Of a stretch of DNA of 32,000 nt, positions 26,982 through 32,000 are shown one piece after another. Every line of letters starts with the position of its first letter. Position 1 is the first letter of the stretch. The position numbers and the translations under genes were made by a program. Under the pieces are notes generated by a model, which worked only from the letters and a program-made list of their open reading frames with translations, made no database searches and was not told the origin of the DNA. Origin of the DNA: Caldivirga maquilingensis IC-167. GTDB lineage: Archaea; Thermoproteota; Thermoprotei; Thermoproteales; Thermocladiaceae. The stretch lies in assembly GCF_000018305.1 (NCBI RefSeq), contig NC_009954.1, forward strand, positions 150,001 through 182,000, given 5' to 3'.

Positions 26982-27947
26982 ATGCTTGATGATAAGTCAA
27001 GGGAATTACTAATGGAGGCTCAATACAACTTCCCGATAACTGATAGGCCATTTCTAGAATTGGCCAGGAGGATTGGGGTCACTGAGGATTGGGTTATTGA
27101 TTCATTAAGGAGGTTTAAGGAATTAGGCCTAGTAAGGAGGATTGGGGCTCTGGTTAATTATAGGGCTAGGGGCATGGTGTCGGCATTAGTGGCTTTAAGG
27201 GTTAGGGATGATTTAGTTAATGAAGTGGCCGCTGAGATTAATAGGGATAAGTACGTGACTCATAATTTCCTCAGGCTTCATAATAGGTATAACATATGGT
27301 ATGTAACTAAGGCAACCAGTAAGGGGGAGCTTGAGGATAAGGTGAGGAGCGTGGTTAATAAGTTCGCATTAAGCCCAGAGGACTACGTAATACTTTACGC
27401 TGAGAAGACCTATAAAATTGATGTTAAATTTGATTTAAATGTCGGAGTTTCTAGGGCTAAGGTGCATAGATTACCTGAGACCAATCTTAAACTTGAGGAT
27501 GTGGGATTACCCCTGGAGTTCTATGAGATGATTAAATCAATAAACATTGTTAAGGAACCATTCAATGAAATTAAGGATAAGTTCAAAATACCGATAAGCA
27601 GGATGACTGAGTTAATAGGGGAGTTAAGGGATAAGGGTGTTATAAGGGACTTCTACGCAATGATCGACCCTGACCTCGCAGGCTTTAAGGCCAACGCCAT
27701 GGTTACCTTCAGTATAAGTGACTGTGAAGAGGTTGCTAATATTGATGAGGCAACTCATGTTGTTAAGAGGATTATTGTTCCAGGTAAGTGGAACCACAAC
27801 TGCTACTTCATGATTCACGGAGTTAACTATAACATAATAAGTAGTATTGTACAGGATAGGTTAAGTAAACTTGGGGTTACTGAATATGATGTATTACCAA
27901 GCATACGTAACCTGCTACCGAATATGGCTAGGAGGATTGAACAGTAG
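26982..27947 (+). CDS. fused two-repeat AsnC/Lrp-like protein of the siroheme decarboxylase family (AhbA/AhbB, NirD/L/G/H-like)
   Basis: 321 aa made of two tandem halves. Each half begins with an HTH (first: LLMEAQYNFPITDRPFLELARRIGVTEDWVIDSLRRFKELGLVRRIGALVNY; second: ...IPISRMTELIGELRDKGVIRDFYAMIDP). The motif VTHNFLRLHNRYNIWY resembles the VSHNYxR...YNLW motif of this family. Confidence 0.55.
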   Translation: MLDDKSRELLMEAQYNFPITDRPFLELARRIGVTEDWVIDSLRRFKELGLVRRIGALVNYRARGMVSALVALRVRDDLVNEVAAEINRDKYVTHNFLRLHNRYNIWYVTKATSKGELEDKVRSVVNKFALSPEDYVILYAEKTYKIDVKFDLNVGVSRAKVHRLPETNLKLEDVGLPLEFYEMIKSINIVKEPFNEIKDKFKIPISRMTELIGELRDKGVIRDFYAMIDPDLAGFKANAMVTFSISDCEEVANIDEATHVVKRIIVPGKWNHNCYFMIHGVNYNIISSIVQDRLSKLGVTEYDVLPSIRNLLPNMARRIEQ

Positions 27948-28097
27948 ACTTAAATGCATTATAGTGTCAATAAATGTAAATAAAATACTTTACAATAATA
28001 CCATTTACTGAAGAGGGTTCCCTATTTTTAATGATTGGTTAAAAGTTTAAAAGCCATTTCATAGGCGATTTCATGGTGATTTAATATACCTTACACA

Positions 28098-28979
28098 ATG
28101 GCTGTGGTGGCGGATGCACCTATACCGAGTAGGAGTAATAGGGACCTCTACTACAGTATTAGGGCTAAGGGGCATGTGGCTAAGTATATTTCAATCTCAC
28201 GATTATCAATAAAGCTTGATGGAAGTGATGTCAGTGTAGTTGTTGGTGATAATAAGGTGGCTATTGATGGGGTCTTCCTAAGAAGCATAGGCTTCCTAAT
28301 AGATGTTGAGCAATTCTTCCACAGGGTTAGTGTATTGAGGACCCTTGAGGACTCTGGTACAGTACTGGTAAATACTGTTGATGGCTTATTAAGGACCAGG
28401 AACAAGATAGAGACCCTTGCCCTATTAGCCAAGAACAAGATACCAGTGCCCTCAACAGTCTCCACTGAAAGCCTACTAACGGCCTACACTGCGGCTAAGA
28501 GCATGGGTCAGGTTGTTATTAAGCCTGTTCAAGGCTCCAGGGGTTTTGGCTCAGTCATGATCACTGACCCTGATATAGCCTTCCAAGTGGCTAAGTCACT
28601 TCTCGTGGTTAAGAAACCAATATATGTTCAGAAGTACATTAAGAAGCCTAACAGGGATATTAGAGTCATGGTTATTGATGGTGAAGTCTTCGGATGCATG
28701 CTTAGGGTTGCAACTGATGGTCAGTGGAAAACCAACATTGCCCAGGGGGCTTACGGTAAGCCATGTGATAAGATTGATGAGGAGCTTAAGGAATTATCCA
28801 TTAAATCCACTGAGGTACTTGGATTAACGTACGCTGGTGTTGATGTTGGGGAGGGGCCTGATGGGTACGTGATTTTTGAGGTTAACGGTAGTCCTGATTG
28901 GCAGGAGTTAGCGTCAGTAACCATGAATAACCCAGCCCCTAGGCTAGTTGAGGTAATGGAGAGAATAATCAGGAAGTAG
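28098..28979 (+). CDS. RimK-family ATP-grasp ligase (alpha-L-glutamate ligase-like)
   Basis: 293 aa with VIKPVQGSRGFGSVMI, YVQKYI..NRDIRVMVIDGEVFGCMLR, QWKTNIAQGA and AGVDV....VIFEVNGSPDW. These are the ATP-grasp motifs as found in RimK/LysX/MptN-type enzymes. Confidence 0.75.
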   Translation: MAVVADAPIPSRSNRDLYYSIRAKGHVAKYISISRLSIKLDGSDVSVVVGDNKVAIDGVFLRSIGFLIDVEQFFHRVSVLRTLEDSGTVLVNTVDGLLRTRNKIETLALLAKNKIPVPSTVSTESLLTAYTAAKSMGQVVIKPVQGSRGFGSVMITDPDIAFQVAKSLLVVKKPIYVQKYIKKPNRDIRVMVIDGEVFGCMLRVATDGQWKTNIAQGAYGKPCDKIDEELKELSIKSTEVLGLTYAGVDVGEGPDGYVIFEVNGSPDWQELASVTMNNPAPRLVEVMERIIRK

Positions 28980-29000
28980 GTGTATTCCCCGTATTAATCC

Positions 29001-29750
29001 TTACCTATTAATGGGCTCTGACTCCCTCCATAGGGTTTCAAAGTACGTCTTAGCTATCTCAATAATATACTCCTGAGTGGAGTATAGTGATAGGTAGTCG
29101 GCACCATATTGAATAGTTAATAATACTCCATCCCCAATGAAGCCTGCGCCGAACATCATATCCCTAACCCTAAGACTAACCCTGGGTGGTAGGGTCTTAG
29201 CGTAATCAACTAGATCCCTTGTAACAAGTAACTTAACCTCAGACTTCTCCGTGGCCTCAATAATCATTGAGGCAACCTCATCATCAAGAAGCTGGCTATA
29301 TGGTATTGCAACACTAACCTCCTTCACATTACCCAGCATAATCACCCTGGCTAAATTCTTAGTGTTCTGAAGCCCCTTAACAGTGAAGAGCATTTCACTC
29401 CTAGCTTTAATCGTCCTTTGGTTTGAAGCCTCATAAATCATCTGAAGGGTATTAATCATGGGCTTAGCCTTCTCGACAATATCATTAATCCTAGATACCA
29501 CAATATTAAACATCTCCTTAGGTGGCTTAGCCACGAAAACCTCAGGCCTCTTACCTGAATCAACATCAATCAAACCCAACCTAACCATGCTCTTTAAAAC
29601 ACTGTAAACTTTAGATGAAGGCACATCAGCGTACTTCGCTATTAAACCAGCCGTTAAAGGCCCCCTCTCAACCAAGGTCAAGTACACCCTAAGCTGATAC
29701 TTAGATAAACCAATCATCCTTAACAATGAGTTAACGTAATCATCCATCAT
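29001..29750 (-). CDS. TrmB-family transcriptional regulator
   Basis: N-terminal TrmB HTH (LSKYQLRVYLTLVERGPLTAGLIAKYADVPSSKVYSVLKSMVRLGLI) plus a C-terminal effector-type domain. The track ORF starts at TTG 29774; I prefer ATG 29750 (MMDDYV...), which lies downstream of the A/T box at about 29785-29793. Confidence 0.75.
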   Translation of the reverse strand: MMDDYVNSLLRMIGLSKYQLRVYLTLVERGPLTAGLIAKYADVPSSKVYSVLKSMVRLGLIDVDSGKRPEVFVAKPPKEMFNIVVSRINDIVEKAKPMINTLQMIYEASNQRTIKARSEMLFTVKGLQNTKNLARVIMLGNVKEVSVAIPYSQLLDDEVASMIIEATEKSEVKLLVTRDLVDYAKTLPPRVSLRVRDMMFGAGFIGDGVLLTIQYGADYLSLYSTQEYIIEIAKTYFETLWRESEPINR

Positions 29751-30473
29751 TAAGTTAAACCCCCAACACCACAATACAATACCACTTAAAAACCTAAGGC
29801 TAAAGTTAGCATAAATTACTTATTTATAATTAAGAAAACCGATTTTTACCTTCTCATGCCGTATATCAGTATCATTAACGTTGAATACTCACCGGTACTA
29901 TTAACAATACCTAAATGCACCCCTGAGGGAATAGCATAGGTGATCTATCTTGCCAAGTCATTATGTACACTAGAGTTTGCGTATTACTGGTAGTGCCTAA
30001 TTCCCACTATTGTTAGGTCATAATAGTTCCAGTCATTGACATTAAGAACACTTGAGACCATGCATTAAACAAGTGTACGTTAGGTAGAAGAGACTAAGTG
30101 ATTAGTATGGTGCCATGTTCTTCCGACCAAATAAATATGTTTCACTCATATTCATTACCTTCAATTTATTAATGGTCCACTTTCAAATAGACCATGGGGG
30201 TAAATACGTGATGCATGGCTTTTAAAAGGCCTTAACCTTAATGTAGAAGTAGGTGTAAACATGCCAAGCAGTGAAGGGCATTGTAGCTGAACCATTAAAC
30301 CAATAGAAGCCTCTCCTAAGACATATCATTGATAATAATGAAATATTTGGAAAGTTTCCAAGTAACTTCATTAATACTCTAAGGATGACTAGGTTTGGAT
30401 AACTTAAGAGTCTTTTCTTGATGCTTAAGTACGAATTTCTTAATTCATAACATTAGTGATCACGTAGTAATGC

Positions 30474-30481
30474 TTAATATT
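30474..30481 (+). promoter_or_regulatory. TATA-like box (TTAATATT) for the dehydratase gene
   Basis: Centred about 25 nt upstream of ATG 30502. Confidence 0.4.
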
Positions 30482-30501
30482 GGGGTTTGCAGACTCTAGT
30501 T

Positions 30502-31698
30502 ATGGTTACTATTAAGGATGTGGAAGTCTACCCGGTTAGTGACTTAGCGACTGCTAAGGCAAGTCCATGGGCCTCTGTCTCAATAATAGTTAAGGTTACT
30601 ACATCTGATGGGCAGGTAGGTTACGGTGAAGCCGTTCCAACACTTAGGGTTAATCAGGTTATTAAGGCTATTGAGGAGGTCAGAAGACTGGTTATTGGTA
30701 AGGATCCATTTAGGGTTAGTTATATATTCAGGGAGTGGTATAAGCATGACTTCTATATTAGTAGATCCTTTGAGTCAGCCACGGCATATAGTTCAGTGGA
30801 TATTGCTCTCCACGACATATTAGGCAAATACTACGGTGCCCCTGTGTATCAGTTAATTGGTGGTTTAATTAACGATAAGGTGAAGGTTTACGCAAACGGC
30901 TGGTATTCGGACTGTGTTACACCTGAGGATTTCGCTAAGAGGGCTAAGGAGGTTGTTTCAATGGGTTTTAAGGCCATGAAGTTCGATCCCTTCGGCCCAT
31001 ACTTTGACTCAATGGATAAGGCTGGCTTAGAGGAGGCTGTGGAGAGGGTTAGGGCTGTTAGGGAGGCTGTGGGTAAGGATGTTGATATCCTCATTGAGGT
31101 TCACGGTAGGTTCAACGTCAATACCGCTGTGCAGATGGTTAGGGCAATGGAGCCCTTTGAACCATTATTCATTGAGGAACCTATTCACCCTGACTTAAAC
31201 ATGGAGGGGCTTAGTAAGGTTAAGAACGCCACAGGGGTTAGGATAGCCACTGGTGAGAGGATTATAAGTATTGAGGAGGCCCTCCAGTTAATTGAAAGGG
31301 GGCTTGTGGACGTTCTTCAACCAGACATAACCAATGCCCTAGGCTTCACAGGGATGAGTAGGATTAGGGCATTAACCGAGGCCTATGGTATAGAGCTAGC
31401 GCCGCATAATGCCTTTGGCCCCATTCAACATGCCGCCACTCTTCAATTTGATGCAAGCAGCTTTAACATACTGATTCAGGAGAGTTTCTACGAGTTTTGG
31501 CCTCAATGGAAGCGTGACATAATTGGTGATGCCTTTAAGCTTAATGAAGGCTACCATACAGTGCCCAGTAAGCCAGGCCTTGGTGTTACTGTTAATGAGA
31601 GGTTACTGGATGAGTTGAGATTCACGGGTATGGAACCATTCCATGAGGAGGAGCCCGTGTGGGTGATTAAGGGTACGTGGAGGAGGTACGGCTCCTAA
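30502..31698 (+). CDS. enolase-superfamily (mandelate racemase/muconate lactonizing) sugar-acid dehydratase, D-gluconate/galactonate dehydratase-like
   Basis: Has GYGEAVPTLRV, YANGWY, MKFDPFGP, IEVHGRF, FIEEP, ATGER, LQPD and the ending EEPVWVIKGTWRRYG. These closely resemble my memory of the Sulfolobus/Thermoproteus gluconate dehydratase of the branched ED pathway. The track starts at TTG 30487; ATG 30502 (MVTIKDVEVY) is preferred. Confidence 0.75.
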   Translation: MVTIKDVEVYPVSDLATAKASPWASVSIIVKVTTSDGQVGYGEAVPTLRVNQVIKAIEEVRRLVIGKDPFRVSYIFREWYKHDFYISRSFESATAYSSVDIALHDILGKYYGAPVYQLIGGLINDKVKVYANGWYSDCVTPEDFAKRAKEVVSMGFKAMKFDPFGPYFDSMDKAGLEEAVERVRAVREAVGKDVDILIEVHGRFNVNTAVQMVRAMEPFEPLFIEEPIHPDLNMEGLSKVKNATGVRIATGERIISIEEALQLIERGLVDVLQPDITNALGFTGMSRIRALTEAYGIELAPHNAFGPIQHAATLQFDASSFNILIQESFYEFWPQWKRDIIGDAFKLNEGYHTVPSKPGLGVTVNERLLDELRFTGMEPFHEEEPVWVIKGTWRRYGS

Positions 31699-31703
31699 TT
31701 AGG

Positions 31704-32000
31704 CTACGTGGCCTGCTTACTGGTTCTCCTCCAGGTTGATGGATAAACACCCCTAGGCATAATAACCCTAGTTGGCTTAGCTACAATCCCCCTATTCATG
31801 TTAAGTATCTCATTAGTTGAGGCAGTGGATTCAGCCAACGCCACTAACTCACCCTTAAGCGTCATTAAGGCTACTAATTGACCACTCCTAATACCCTCCT
31901 CAACCTTAGCAACCCCCGGTGCCGCCAGTGATGCACCGTGGGCTATTGCATCCACTGCGGAGTCCCTAATGTAGATTCTAGGTAGGTGAATCACCATTTC
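31704..32000 (-). CDS. cbf5: 3' end (PUA domain) of the H/ACA RNP pseudouridine synthase Cbf5; the CDS continues beyond the window
   Basis: LPRIYIRDSAVDAIAHGASLAAPGVAKVEEGIRSGQLVALMTLKGELVALAES...VIMPRGVYPSTW matches the archaeal Cbf5 C-terminal PUA region. The frame is still open at base 32000. Confidence 0.85.
   Translation of the reverse strand, partial: EMVIHLPRIYIRDSAVDAIAHGASLAAPGVAKVEEGIRSGQLVALMTLKGELVALAESTASTNEILNMNRGIVAKPTRVIMPRGVYPSTWRRTSKQAT

Noticed and set aside
27624-28827. Track ORFs 27624..27818 (-), 28151..28465 (-) and 28624..28827 (+)
   Set aside because: They overlap the AhbA/B-like and RimK-like genes in other frames or strands. No motifs.
30626-31094. Track ORFs 30626..30823 (+) and 30888..31094 (-)
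   Set aside because: They lie inside the enolase-superfamily dehydratase gene and are frame or strand shadows.
1-32000. CRISPR arrays, rRNA genes, IS elements/transposases, toxin-antitoxin pairs, and known defence modules
   Set aside because: Reading both strands found no regularly spaced repeat array. None of the translated ORFs shows nuclease, integrase, transposase or defence-type motifs.

Overview
This is a compact chromosomal segment, roughly 85-90% coding, with about 30 genes. It reads as a hyperthermophilic crenarchaeon, probably Thermoproteales-like. That is inferred from three things: the gene set (a TFE-beta-like factor, Pcc1, Cbf5, S6e, a family-B DNA polymerase, a gluconate dehydratase of the Entner-Doudoroff type), A/T boxes about 25 nt upstream of start codons, and purine-rich coding strands. 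All product calls come from motif recognition in the supplied translations; no database search was possible.

Confident calls:
- metG, rps6e, hflX, trpC and tRNA-Glu(CUC)
- a PolB-type polymerase
- two convergent aldo/keto reductase paralogs
- a class-I aminotransferase
- a threonine dehydratase plus an APC permease
- a PfkB kinase, an MFS transporter and a RimK-type ATP-grasp ligase
- a fused AhbA/B-like protein
- a TrmB-family regulator divergent from a gluconate-dehydratase-like gene
- the 3' end of cbf5

I found no CRISPR array, integrase, transposase, rRNA or recognisable defence or mobile module, and no convincing multi-gene novel system.

The items most worth a second look:
1. A G6 run splits what reads as one ~545-aa secreted protein.
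2. A candidate C/D box sRNA with its own A/T box lies between the convergent AKR genes.
3. An orphan ABC permease, divergent from polB, carries a ~145-aa N-terminal soluble extension.
4. A second wHTH protein shares the CxxCPx4C motif of the TFE-beta-like protein.
5. Two unusually long ORF-poor tracts (about 940 bp and 750 bp) occur in an otherwise tight genome.
6. Several short exact repeats sit in intergenic regions.
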